A stretch of DNA of 64,000 bases from Gracilinanus agilis (taxonomy: Eukaryota): NCBI RefSeq assembly GCF_016433145.1, contig NC_058134.1, positions 258,878,887-258,942,886 of the forward strand. Reading direction: 5' to 3'. Under the pieces are notes generated by a model. It searched no databases, was not told the origin of the DNA, and worked only from the letters and a program-made list of their open reading frames with translations. Positions 38,475-50,566 of this stretch are shown piece after piece; within the stretch, counting starts at the first letter, position 1; every line of letters starts with the position of its first letter. Position numbers and translations under genes: made by a program.

Positions 38475-39197
38475 TGTGATAATGAAATTAAATCTACCCT
38501 GCCCATTCTTAGACTTAATCACCGAAAGTGTAAACAACCCCACTTAATTCCGAAGTGGGGAGGTCTGTGACCCATAAGTGCAAAAGTGGGTGATGAATCA
38601 GAATTGGCTGACTGCCCCTGGGCAGGCCTAAGCAAAGTATCTGTTGTGATTAGACATGTAAATTAGGAGGAAGACACAGTAAGTGATGAAAAAGAAGTGC
38701 CTTTAAAAGGGCATTACAGCTTCCTGTAACTCTTCTCATTCGTTAGTGTCTTGGACTTGAAGGAGCTTTGGCTGTCAGGCTGGGACTTTGGACGTGGTAA
38801 GACTGCTCTTAAATCTCTCTTAGAACTACATGTGGTGAGTGCAAAAACTGGCTTTTCCTGGATTTCTCTGAAGGCACTCTCCTTTCAAGAGAGGCTTCCT
38901 GACTGAAGCTTTTGTTTCATTCATCCCCAGGCCTTGGCCTCAGCTCAAGGCTGAGCCTTCTCTGACACCTGCCTGGGTTGAGCCAGGGACGGGAGAAAAT
39001 TATTTAGTGCATTAGGTTAATTATCTTATCTTATCCTCTCTCTAATTTTCTTACTTTGTCTCCTCTTTTGTAAATAAACTACCATAAAAGTCATTTTGAC
39101 TTGAGGTTTTCTCATTAGGAATTGATATTTATTCATTTCCTTGGCAACCAAACCTTTTAATATTCACCCAACAACAACTTCCTTTTTCCTCCTTACA
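38475..39197 (+). mobile_element. Solo ERV LTR (ERV1-like), 723 bp
   Basis: TG...CA termini; 4-bp TSD cagc (38471-38474 and 39198-39201); TATA-like tttaaaa at 38702; AATAAA at 39073. Confidence 0.85.
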
Positions 39198-39358
39198 CAG
39201 CTTCATTTAATCTTCCACCAAGCCTTCAGTGAACTTTTTTCCCTTCCACTGCTCTGTACTCTTTTATGAAGCGATGCTCTTCAGTCTTTCCTAATAGATA
39301 GTGCCTAATAAATGCTTATTGGTTAACTGATTATTCTTTTCTAAAAGATGACAGTCAA

Positions 39359-39554
39359 GGGGGCAGTTGGGTAGCTCAGTGGATTGAGAGTCAGGCCTAG
39401 AGACAGGAAGTCCTAGGTTCAAATCCAGCCTCAGATACTTCCCAGCTATGTGATCCTGGGCAAGTCACTTGACCCCCATTGCCCACCCTTACCACTCTTC
39501 CACCTAGGAGCCAATACACAGAAGTTAAGGGTTAAAAAAAAAAAAAAAAAAAAA
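39359..39554 (+). mobile_element. Young SINE1_Mdo-like SINE with a 16-bp TSD and a long A tail
   Basis: TSD aaaagatgacagtcaa at 39343-39358 and 39555-39570; A-box tagctcagtgg and B-box ggttcaaatcc. Confidence 0.92.
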
Positions 39555-40520
39555 AAAAGATGACAGTCAACAAAGATCCCACTATAATCCCCTGCCATGT
39601 ACACTTTAGCCCAGTAACACTGGCCTTCCAGCTTTTCCCTAAACAGAACTCTGTCTCCTGCCTCCAGCCAGTTTCTCTGGCTGTGTCCCCACATTTTGGC
39701 ATAGCCATCCCAGGTTTCCTTTAAATTCCAGCTAAAAGTGTATCTTCTACGAGAAAACTTTCTCAGCCTCTTTTAATTCCTTATTTATTCTATATATAGC
39801 CTGCTTACACATAAGTATATATGATTGTTGTCTCCCCCATTAGATTGTGAACTCAGCTTTTGTATCCTCACACTTGACAGTGCCTGGAACACACTAAGTA
39901 CTTAATAAGTATCTGTTTACTGACTATTATGCAAATGTCCCCAGGAGATCAATGATAGAAAGATCTCACTCCAGGATGTTCATAGCACTTTTTTGTTGTA
40001 CAATTAAAATAGCTATCAGTTGGGATATAGTGAAATTGTGATTCATGAATGTAATTTAATATTAAAATTGTATTATTTTGTATTGTAATATTAAAATTAC
40101 TGTATCATTAAAAAAAGGAATATTAAATTTCAGGAAGACTTACATGAATTGATGTGAAGTGAAATGAGCAAGACCAAGAAAACAGCATATGGGCTAACTG
40201 AAATGGAAATAGAAAAGAAAAGAATCAAACCTAATGCTGTATAATTAAAATGACGTTTGTCCCCATTGTGCCTCTCTCCCTTCTTGGTGGTGAGAATGTA
40301 AAAGATGGATAGAATTCTGTTCCTCTGGTAGCTCTCTTCATTGGCAGCGGGGCACAGAGCTTGCCCTCAGCTCCCTAGTAGCGAAGTTTTTGTTTCTGTG
40401 CAGTTTAAAGCCTATGTGACAGTGCACTACCCGCCACCCTTTCCCTAGCTACTCTCACTGCAGAAGTGAAAAGGGGCCATGGAAGACCGAAGGCCATTTG
40501 ATATTTTCATTTCAAGAGTT

Positions 40521-40708
40521 GTTTTTTTTTTTAAACCCTTGTACTTCGGTGTATTGTCTCATAGGTGGAAGAGTGGTAAGGGTGGGCAATGGGGGTCAAG
40601 TGACTTGCCCAGGGTCACACAGCTGGGAAGTGGCTGAGGCCGGGTTTGAACCTAGGACCTCCTGTCTCTAGGCCTGACTCTCACTCCACTGAGCTACCCA
40701 GCTGCCCC
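40521..40708 (-). mobile_element. Young SINE1_Mdo-like SINE with a 12-bp TSD
   Basis: TSD atttcaagagtt at 40509-40520 and 40710-40721; CpGs retained. Confidence 0.92.
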
Positions 40709-42312
40709 AATTTCAAGAGTTTTCATGACAAAATAATTCATTACCAGGGGCCAAACCTATTGGGGGGTGGGGAGTGGTCTCTGTCTAGCTAGGCTAGCTC
40801 TCAGAAAGGGGCCTCGGGCCTTTTAACCACACTCGGGGAGATCATCTACTCAAATGCATAGCTCTGAGTCCCCACTGAAACTTTATTTCAGATTATGCTA
40901 AATCATATATGAAATCAAAGCAAAAGGCATTTAATGACCCAGTCAGAGAAATAGCAAGAATTTGGTCAGGCAGTACTATGCTTTGTATGCACACCTGAAG
41001 GCTACCATCTCCCGCATCTTCTGGATCCAGTTGAACCTTCTGGCGCCTCAACACTGTAGGAGGGGTCCCAGGTCCCTCAGCTGCTTTAGCACATTCCAGG
41101 GTTGCAGATTCGGTCTCAGGGCAGTAGTCTCTGAAACACTGACTTCTCAGCTTCTTAGAACCTAGAATTCCACGATGCCGAGAGTCAGCTCCATGCCCTA
41201 TTCGTCTCTCTGCTGCCATTTGTCGCCTGTTCACTGGCGTGCTCTAGGTGCAGGGCCAGTTCTTTTGTCACTGCTGCCCCTGCTTCTAATGACCATCCAG
41301 CAAGACTCTTGCAACAGATCTTACGTTTATGTATTTGGCAGCACTGCCATGATGCAGGCTTACAGCTTGTGGGGAATAGAGTCTAAAACATTTTCCTTAG
41401 GAAGCATAGGGTGTATCTGTGGGCCCTTGGCTCAAAACTTTGTGGAAATAAAGAGTTTCCAGACAAATCCTCCATAGACCAGCATGGCAGACTGGGCCAG
41501 ATCTTGTGTCATGCTGACATAATGTAATCCAGACTCCTCCCCACCATGATCAGTCACTGGAGTAGGCTTTTGTAGAGACTGGCCTTCTTAACCTTTCCTC
41601 TATTCCTGAGTTAGCTAATCTAGATAGAAAAGAAGCTTAAACTGAGAAATTTGGTTTTTTGTGTTTATGTGCATGGTCCCCCTCCCCCATGAAATTAAAT
41701 GGCTTCCTCCCCTCCCCTCATCTTCAAGCCCCTTTGGTAGGTAGAAGTCAAGTAATAAAGTATAAAGCAGAATTTAAATTGTTTAAAAAACATTGTTAAT
41801 GCTAAGAAAGGCAGTGGTTCTTAATAAAGGAAACAGTGTGTGTGTATAATTTCCATATCAGGCTTCTTATATGGCATATTGAATTAGGTATGACCTCCTG
41901 ATACTCAGGCAATTTCATATATGTGTTTGAAGCTTTCCATTTAGTAATTAAAGAGTTGGGTTTGTCAGGCATGTCCTAAAATACCATGTGAAAATACTTA
42001 GTGCTCAAATGTATATATTTGTATTCAAGTCAGTATTAGAAGAATGCTGAAGTAGGAATGAGAAGATCTAGGTCTTCCACTCTTTCTGTTACTGGCCATA
42101 TAACCTCAGACACATCACTTCATTTTTCTAAGCCTATTTTCTCAAATTTAAAGTATGAATATCCTGTCTAGCTTACAGTGTTGTTGAGAGGATCAAATGA
42201 GAGAATACACTTGAAAGAGTTTTGGAAATTTTGAAGTCATGTATAAATAAGATTTTGTAATATTAACCTTTTAACAAGTCACTATAAATATGTACTGCTT
42301 TGTATTTTGTAG

Positions 42313-42445
42313 AAATATCGTGGCTCTACGAAATCATCTTATTTCAAGTTCATCAGTCACTGACACTTTCCTACAACCAAGAGACTACTTCATCATATTC
42401 CTGCTGATTTTGCTACAGATCATAATAAACTTCATGTTTAAGTAG
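42313..42445 (+). CDS. OSBPL8: OSBPL8 last coding exon: NIVALRNHLISSSSVTDTFLQPRDYFIIFLLILLQIIINFMFK*, with the C-terminal ER TM anchor
   Basis: Acceptor attttgtag|; TAG at 42443-42445. The 13 exons sum to 1503 nt with the frame intact. Confidence 0.96.
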
Positions 42446-42667
42446 AATTCTTATATAATTGAATCAATGAAATGGAATGATTAGACATAGCCTGGGACCA
42501 TTTTTCAAATTGGTTTGGACTTATTCAAACAATGCAATATTTCTAAAAGAACCTTACATAAATCTAGAAGTTTTGACCTCTCATGCCTTGTATCCTTAAT
42601 TGGAACAAGGCCTGTCCTATCTGGTTAACGTGAAAAATGCGCAAGTGCCAGAACATTTGTTTTAATA

Positions 42668-42716
42668 TGTGTGTATGTGTGTGTGTGTGTGTGTGTGTGT
42701 ATTTGTGTGTGTGTGC
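42668..42716 (+). repeat. Interrupted (TG)n microsatellite in the 3'UTR
   Basis: Seen directly. Confidence 0.95.
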
Positions 42717-43091
42717 GCTCAGCTGTGCCGGTGTACAGTGCATATTGACACAGGTCCTGTAGGCCTTCATTCCTGACAGTAGTCACCTATTCTTTAGTGA
42801 TGTTCCAATTTGTAGCCATGCAGTGTTGTTAACAAAAATACTGTTATGTTTGTAAAACAATGCACAGTGATCAGTTTTCCTCATAAAACAGGCACAAAAC
42901 TTTTATTAATAAGGACTTAAAATATGGGAAGACATATTACACCTAAAGAACCTGCTGCATTGTACACAGATCACTTCCAAAGGGCCTAACTTTTATCTTT
43001 CTCAGAAACATAAAAAGAAAACATGTTGATGGGTCAAACTTTATATAATATATGAAAATGGCAACATTGGATCAAAAACCAAATTTACATG

Positions 43092-43095
<4 letters not shown>

Positions 43096-43156
<61 letters not shown>
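43096..43156 (+). repeat. Pure (TG)~30 microsatellite in the 3'UTR
   Basis: Seen directly. Confidence 0.98.
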
Positions 43157-43157
<1 letters not shown>

Positions 43158-46100
43158 CCTTAGCATATGTTTAATGTAAATAACTTTTAGTATGGACCTG
43201 TTTGCATACGTACATATAGAAAAGTCCACCTTCTTCTGTCTAGTCATGCTTTATGATGACCCCTTGAGCACATCCTAGAAAATAATTTCTGTAAATTTAT
43301 TTCTTTAAGCAAGACCCGCCAATGTTAATGGCCTACCACCTCTTCCACCATTATAAATCAAAATTTCAGGAAGATAAGGAAATTTAATTTCATCATTATA
43401 ATGAATTCAAAGAAATTGCTATCTGTATTTTTTTTTAAATGTATTCCCTAAAATTCAAAAAGACTACTGTCTGTGATCTTGTATTATAGCCTATGGCAAT
43501 TTAAGTGGTTTATGAAATGGATGAAATAATGAGATAATTCAGGTTATTTCATCAGTAATTGGCTTGTTTTAGGAATGGTTCTTGAACTTTGATTTATTAA
43601 TTAAACTGTTAATGGTTAAAGAGCACATAAAACTACAATTACCTTGAAAATTTTTTACTTCAAAAACCAAAAAGAGGTAGAAAATGAGAGATATGGTCTT
43701 GAATGTATTTCTGTAAATTTGTTATAATCACTTTTAGGATGCACAGCAGTGTTATACACCTAAGAAGAATTCTGGAACTTAATCTTCCATTTTCCCTCTA
43801 TATATTCTTAGTGATTCCAAATCTATATCAATCACACTGCTTCAGGATCCTGTTTTGTCTAAAACTCCATAATATAAAGTAAGGCAGCTTAGCTTTTTAA
43901 TTTAAAATGTTGGACTCTTTAATTTTTATTTTTTACATGGTTTTTATAGTCTTCAAAAGCAACTTTTGTTAATTACTTAAGCATATAATAAGACTATGGT
44001 ACTGAAAATACAGAATTCTGAGACTGAGGAGTAATAAGGGCAGAGGGGACTCATTCTGATCAAGTTTGACTTTAACAAAATAAAACTTTACCAACCAGCA
44101 AAACAGATTGAGAGATATATGGTGAATTATGAAAACTGAAAGGCTGCATCTTACTAATCTAAGTATCCTAAGTATAATGCTTAGGTAATATGAATCTCAC
44201 ATGCATATGAAGATCCAGTTCTCATGCACAGTTAACAAATAAATGTACTTGTTTATTCAACTGGAAATATCATATAGTTAAAGATAAAAGAATCCCTGAA
44301 CCAAATATTTCTAAGAAACCATAATAATGTAACCTATACTTTTGTCCATTCACTCCTATTGCCACTGTTTTTCCCATCTACATATCTGTTGGTATGCTAT
44401 GAAATGCTATTTTAGAAACAAATATTGGCAGTTAAAAATTGTTAAATTAGTATTGCTATGCATATATTATTTTACCTTTACATTTCAGTTCCAATTGAAA
44501 ATTGAAAAATTGGTGAGCTGATGGTGCTGTGCGGTTGGTGGCCATGTCTATCTTATTTTTAACCTTATGTTCATATATAATTTTTAAAATAGAGATGTGC
44601 TGGAAGAATGTCCCTACTTACTCTAAAAGGTGGTGATTTGCTTCATTTGTTCCTTTACTCCCACTTCTATGACAGATATGACATAGATTCAATTCCTAAC
44701 TAACAAGATAAAGGATATTTCATGGAATTTACAAAAGTGAAAATAATCACAAGCTTTTTCATGACTGTTTTATTACATGCTTAAAAGCACATCCAATATT
44801 TCCTAATGTTTTTAGTCACATGAAGTTCCTTTCTGTGAGCTGAACATGACACTCAGGAATGGTGGCTTAGTGTTAGACCAATGCTGGTAATAGGCTTGGT
44901 ATAGGAATCCTTTTAAACACATAATTAACTTTGTATTTAGCCATAACATGTCGTTGACCTTGAATGTCCTTTACTTGAGAGTAACCCTTTTTTCTTCTAC
45001 ACATTGATTCATAAAGAACTGTGATTGTATAGTTTGCAGTTGTCTGAGGCTGGTATCTCCTAGGCTCAAGGATTAAACTCCTTGAGGACCCGTCTTTTCT
45101 TTTCATTACTCTCTTTTCTGCATAGAGATTTAGAGATGTTTTTGTTTTTAAATGTTAATGTTTAATTTTCTATTTAGTGAGATGCATTTGGCCTATCAAA
45201 AGAGACTAAATGAGTCATGTGAAATGTTTAGTTATAGCAATAGATAATTTTTCTTATATTTCACATGTCGCTACTTCTTGACGCACTTATAAAGGTACAG
45301 TATAGTCTTATTCACATTAGCACAAATAGCCATCTGCATTCCATTGAATTTTTTGCCTTGTAAAATATAGCACTCATTTAATATTTATGCTTTTGTGCCT
45401 CTAGGAAATCTTTTTGCCAGTTGTATTACTGAGACAAAATCTGAATTCAAAGTATTTGTTAACAAATCAGTAGACTTTTTTTTTCTTAAAAGGGTCACTG
45501 TCACTTTATTTTCTTTTATAAACATTTAAACAATAATACTGTACTTTTATAAGGGTTTGTCTAATTACTGTAAGTATAGCCTCCACTCTACAAACATCAC
45601 AGAAATAGATTTGTCAGATTATTTCTGAGTATTGTAAACAGTGCCTTTTTGATGAATTCACACTGTTTGGGGATGTATAAAGAAATTGTCAATTTGTGCC
45701 ATATATACATTAAAAAGAAAACCAACTTTTGTGGGAGGCAGTTACTTTTAACTTTTTGAAAACTATTTCACTCTTAGTCAAATATCCAAGGAAACAAATG
45801 TAAACAATTCCATTTTTTTCTAGTTTTTAGTATTTCTAATGAGTGGTAAACATCTGTGCTGTTTGTTTTCTATACAGTGAAGGTATAATGCATTGTGGCA
45901 TTATTGAAGAGCCATAAATGACATCATAGATGATTCTGAATTCATGTTAGATATGCAAAAAATTAAACTTGATATATAGACCTAAATTGACATTTTAAAC
46001 CGTCTTGAAAAAAACATAAAAACTAATACGTTTACATTTCAACTTTTATTTAACTGGGAAAATGATTCTTTAAAATGCTTAGCCTGCCACTAATATGTAC

Positions 46101-46611
46101 TTTTATTTCATTTGGTTCTAGATAGAGAATGTCTTGTTGGCATTTAAAATTTTCTCTTTTGTTACTTTTAACACATTGCTTGTTTTTGTACTGTTACATT
46201 TTAAAATTGAAAATGGACTGTTAAAAGTTGTATAGGACCAGTGTCTCATTAATTTGATAAATATATATACACACACCCATATATAAGTATATGGGGGGGG
46301 TGCGTATATAGAGAGAGGAGCCACAAAGAAACCTATGACAAAATGAATGTGAATGTTCTTCCTAAAATATTTATTTAGAAAAATTATTTCATGTTTCTGC
46401 GTCTATCATGTAAAATTATTTTAGTGTCACATTATTGAGAAAGTTATTTAAAGAAAAACGTAATGTAACATTCAAGATAATGAGCCACAAAAATTCAGTT
46501 GGAGTTTTCACTGTACAGCATGCTAAGTGTAAACCCAAGTTAAACATCTTGTTAATGGCCATTTGTAAATTAAAGCACTACCACTGGTCAATAGTTTTGT
46601 ATGATTAATAG

Positions 46612-46617
46612 AATAAA
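46612..46617 (+). terminator. Candidate distal OSBPL8 poly(A) signal
   Basis: AATAAA followed by GU-rich gtgtgtgtaagtgt about 15 nt downstream. A second AATAAA lies at 44238. Confidence 0.55.
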
Positions 46618-47666
46618 GAGATGTTATCTGCAGTGTGTGTAAGTGTACAATGTTGAATTCTCCAAGTTCATGATGAGATGTGCAGAGAACACTGTAAATC
46701 TATCCTACCTAATGTCTACAGATTCTAAGAACTCTAAAGTATTGCCATTTTAGAAATTTCCAAAAGGATAAGAGATATGAGTGAATGTCCTAGAAGTTCC
46801 TGGGAGTAGACAAAATCAACACAGGGAACATAGGGAAGAGGAAGTCCAGTTGCAGAATTTGAGAAACTCATTTTTAAGCAGCCTAAGATGAAAGGGTCAA
46901 GTATCCCAAAATCCTAAAGTAGTGTCTAAATAAAAAATTACCAATTCCCTTTTGAATTAAAAATGTAACGAATGCTCCAAATATTCACTCTTGCAGTTCA
47001 CTGACTGTTCTAAACAATATGGCAGACAGAACTAACATTCAGTGAGTAACAGCTGGGTGAAGCCTCTCTACTAAGTACTGGTGGTACAAAGATATCTCAA
47101 CGAGAAACATAATAGCACAAATCACTGCTAAGTACTGGTGATCCAAAGGTGCCTGCCTAGAGGAGTTAGCCAAACATTGAGAATGCAAGTAAAAGATTTT
47201 GCCACAAACATTTTCAGAAGGAACAGATCGCCTCAAGAGGAGAGAACGTTTGAGGAGTTGCTCTTTGAATGAGTCTTGAAGAAAGTATGGCAGACTGTCC
47301 AGGTCATAGTGACAGACAGGTAAAGATCCGGCAGAAATTTGGAATTGGATTCACAGTGAGGTTGGGGCTAGAACTGAAAGTCATCTGCATCAAGGACAAC
47401 TAAAACCAAGAAGAGCTAAAGAAGAAAAAACCTAGGGTCCACTGAAAGGGCAAGACTGAAAATAGATGTGCAGAGAAGAAAAGTCATGACAATTCCATCT
47501 CACAAAAGCTACCAGAAAAGACACCAAGAAAAGGGGTCCATACTTTGAAATAACAGAGAAGCTGAGGAAAGGAAAAAGGTCATTTGATATGGTCAATGAG
47601 GAAGGAACTAGTGACCTTAGAAAGTTGGTAAGTGGTACAGATAAATGTGGTGATGAGGAAATGGAG

Positions 47667-47868
47667 GGGGCAGCTGGGTAGCTCAGTGGATTAAGAGCCA
47701 GGCCTAGAGACTGGCGGTCCTAGGTTCCAATCTGGCCTCAGACACTTCCCAGCTGTGTAACCCTAGGCAAGTCACTTGACCCCCATTGCCCACCCTTACC
47801 ACTCTTCTGCCTTGGAGCCAATACACAGTATTGACTCCAAGAAGGAAGGTAAGGGTTTAAAAAAAAAA
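47667..47868 (+). mobile_element. SINE1_Mdo/MAR1-like SINE with an 11-bp TSD
   Basis: TSD aggaaatggag at 47656-47666 and 47869-47879. Confidence 0.9.
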
Positions 47869-48821
47869 AGGAAATGGAGTCTCTGAGTGAAGTTGGGCAC
47901 TGAAAGGAAAGGAAGAATGTTATCTTGAGAACAGCATTTTAAGCAAAGGTCTTTATTGGGGTTTTTAAATTTTTACTATGACCAAAATGACTTCTTGTCT
48001 AGGGGAAAGGGCAAAGTATTTAAGATGCTAGAGAAAAGAGGCAAATGACTCAAAGGTTAGAGAGTAAGTGGGATCCAGTCAGCATGATTTTGTGTTTGGA
48101 CAAAAAGCAGTAATGGATAAGTATCTCAATCACTTGGGAAAAAAGAAGTGGAGAAAGGAGCATTCCTTGGCGTGGCGGATAAGCTAGTGATTTTTTTGAG
48201 TAGTCTAAAAGGACCAAAAAAAGAGTTGAAAAGGAGCAGCCACTATTACAGAAAGAATTCAAGATGGTAGCAACCTTGGGGAAATGCAAAGTTTCACTTT
48301 CCCTGGAAGGGCCATTCTGTAACAATTTTTTAAAAAGAAAAAATCAGCTAAATCTATCAATACATGGGAAAAGTTTAAAATATATGCAATTTCTAGGTGA
48401 AAAGTTAAAAGGAAGAAGTAGATGAATGGGAATTTTGTTTTCGAGAGATGGTGAGAATGAATGTAAGAAAAGCTGCTTTTAATCTCTCTGGATTTAGCTT
48501 GTTACAATCTTCAATTTGCGTCAGTGGAACATAGAGCAGTGAAGAGTGTAGTTATCAGTCCTGAGTACGAATCACTGTTGGGCACCTCCCACCATCACTA
48601 CTTCTACACCCACACCCCTTCAGTTTCCTAATTTGTTTAAGGAGGTCGGTCCGTTACTCCTCCGGCTCCTTAAGGCTCCACATCTCACATCCCTGCCTGG
48701 AGCAGGCAGGGGACCCCAGTTGGACATTGCGGAGAGCTGGACTGGGCAGCGCGGTTGTTAAATCTTCCGTGACTTCATCTCAATGGAGGGCATTGCTATG
48801 AATCGGGTTTTGAGGCCTCTT

Positions 48822-48968
48822 CCAGTATAGGTTCCAAGGCAGAAGAGTGGTAAGGGTTAGAGACAGTGGGAGTTGTGACTTGCCCACGGTCACACACCTG
48901 TCTGAGGCCGCATTTGAACTTGGGACTTCCCGACTCTAGGCCTAGTGCTCTAATCACTGAGTTGCCCC
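48822..48968 (-). mobile_element. CORE-SINE inside the upstream edge of the BBS10 CpG island
   Basis: ttccaaggcagaagagtggtaaggg..gtgacttgccc..ctgagttgcccc. Confidence 0.85.
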
Positions 48969-49390
48969 TAAAGCATCGTTTTTGTGGGTAAATTTGTCAA
49001 GAACTCAGAATAGACTTAGAAGTGCAACAAGCGGTACATTTCCGCCCCGAAAGCCTATTGCTAAACATACCACATTGCCAGAATGTAAGGTCGTCCGGAA
49101 GTGACTGGCCAGAAACGCAGCTACGAGAGCCTAGAAATAAAGTGGGAATGAGAAGGCCCATCACGTCGCCCCACCCCTTCCGGGTCCTGGCGGAAGTTCG
49201 CGTCACCTGGGTGGCGGCCGGTTTCCTCTGAGGGACACCCGATATCCTGTCGAAAAATAAAAAGCATAATTCTTACCCCCTTCTTATCTACCCCCTAATC
49301 TCCCAGCAGCCACTGCGCCGGGCTCGTTCTCGCTGCGCCGCTTCCGGTTCGCCTCAGAAGCGAGAAGGCGGGGTTTCGGTAGGAGTGGCA

Positions 49391-49581
49391 ATGGCGGCGG
49401 CCACTGCCGGAGGCGTTGATTCGGCCCTGCAGGCGGCCGAGGTCTTGGAGAGCATCTTGAGCGGCTCCGTGGGGCCCGAGGGGCGGCAGGTCCTATGCAC
49501 GAAGCCCACGGGCGACGTGTTGTTCAGCCGGGACGGGGGCCGCCTCCTGGAGGCGCTAAACGTAGAGCATCCCGTGGCCAG
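49391..49581 (+). CDS. BBS10: BBS10 exon 1: [63 protein letters not shown](R)
   Basis: Matches the BBS10 N-terminus ([15 protein letters not shown]). Strong Kozak gcaATGg; donor AG|gtaggg (phase 2). Confidence 0.96.
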
Positions 49582-50566
49582 GTAGGGGCACCACTACCGC
49601 TCCTGCCTTTCCTCCTGCCGTCAGTTAATTCCGTCAACATATAAACGCCTGGTGCGTGCCGGGCACCGTGCTCACTAAACCCCTACAATACCTATAAGGA
49701 AGAGTAAGCCTGTTCTCCTAGAGCTTACCATATCACGGGGCAAGAAAGGCTTGAAAAAAAGCGTTTACTGTGGGCCACGCGCAGAGACATCTTTAGAAAA
49801 GGCAGTTTTTGCTCCCTAGGAGACCTTCCCGAGACCGGGATATACAGCGCATACAACGTAGATATACAGGGATTAAATAAAGGTATAGACAGAGTAGTTT
49901 GAGCAGCCCCTGCCTACAACAAGTCATGCCAGCATCTCCTGCATTTCCACCTTTCCCTTTAAAAGGAATAACGGTGTTTTTTCCCAGGTGGGCTTTGAGT
50001 CCCTCCTCTCAGTTTTGATGTGAGATCTTTTTCGTGAGAATCTTTTAAAAAGCAGCCGTTGTGACACTTTTTATCTTTTTTTTTTTTTTTCAGTGATGGG
50101 TGAGAGAAAATTGTTTTCCTTCTAAAATAAAAAATGTTAGCAGGTTAAAAAATGTGAAGCAACTGTGGTGGCCATTGAAATAATAAGATCACAGTTTCAA
50201 TCAACTGTCAAACTTTTATACTAAACAATGAACACACTAAGGCATTGAAACATCCCTTTTCCTCAAGGAGCTTACATTCTCTTGGGAAAGACCAGAAGCT
50301 GACAAGCTAGAGACAAAAAAAATATAAGGTAGTACTAGGGGGAGTAGGGAAGGACAGTGACATAGCACCTCCTTCCCTCCAGAAGGAAGGCACAACAGGT
50401 AATCCTTACCTTCTTCCTTTAACCCCAAAATTATCTTGTATATGTTTTGTATGAATTAATATAATGACTATAGAAAAATTCTGGGTTAAAATTCTGCCCG
50501 GACTTCACTTTGTGAGCCTGGGTGAATCATTTAGCCTAGTGCTCTAGACAATTCTAAAATTTATAA

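Larger units (their letters stand above)
42446..46640 (+). other. OSBPL8: Probable OSBPL8 3'UTR (~4.2 kb)
   Basis: AU-rich and almost free of recognisable TEs from the stop to AATAAA at 46612. TE density resumes after it. The 3' end is inferred. Confidence 0.65.
48640..49660 (+). promoter_or_regulatory. CpG island and TATA-less promoter of BBS10
   Basis: Dense CpG. ETS/GABP-type motifs at 49095 (CCGGAAGTG), 49190 (GCGGAAGT) and 49341 (CTTCCGG); GC boxes; CRE-like half sites. Confidence 0.85.

Noticed and set aside
42446-46640. miR-143 site (ORP8 is a reported miR-143 target in mouse)
   Set aside because: I did not find TCATCTC or CATCTCA by eye in the inferred 3'UTR. A computational scan is needed before claiming presence or loss.
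49385-49390. GTG at 49385 as the BBS10 start
   Set aside because: The ATG at 49391 has a strong Kozak context and aligns with the conserved MAAA N-terminus.
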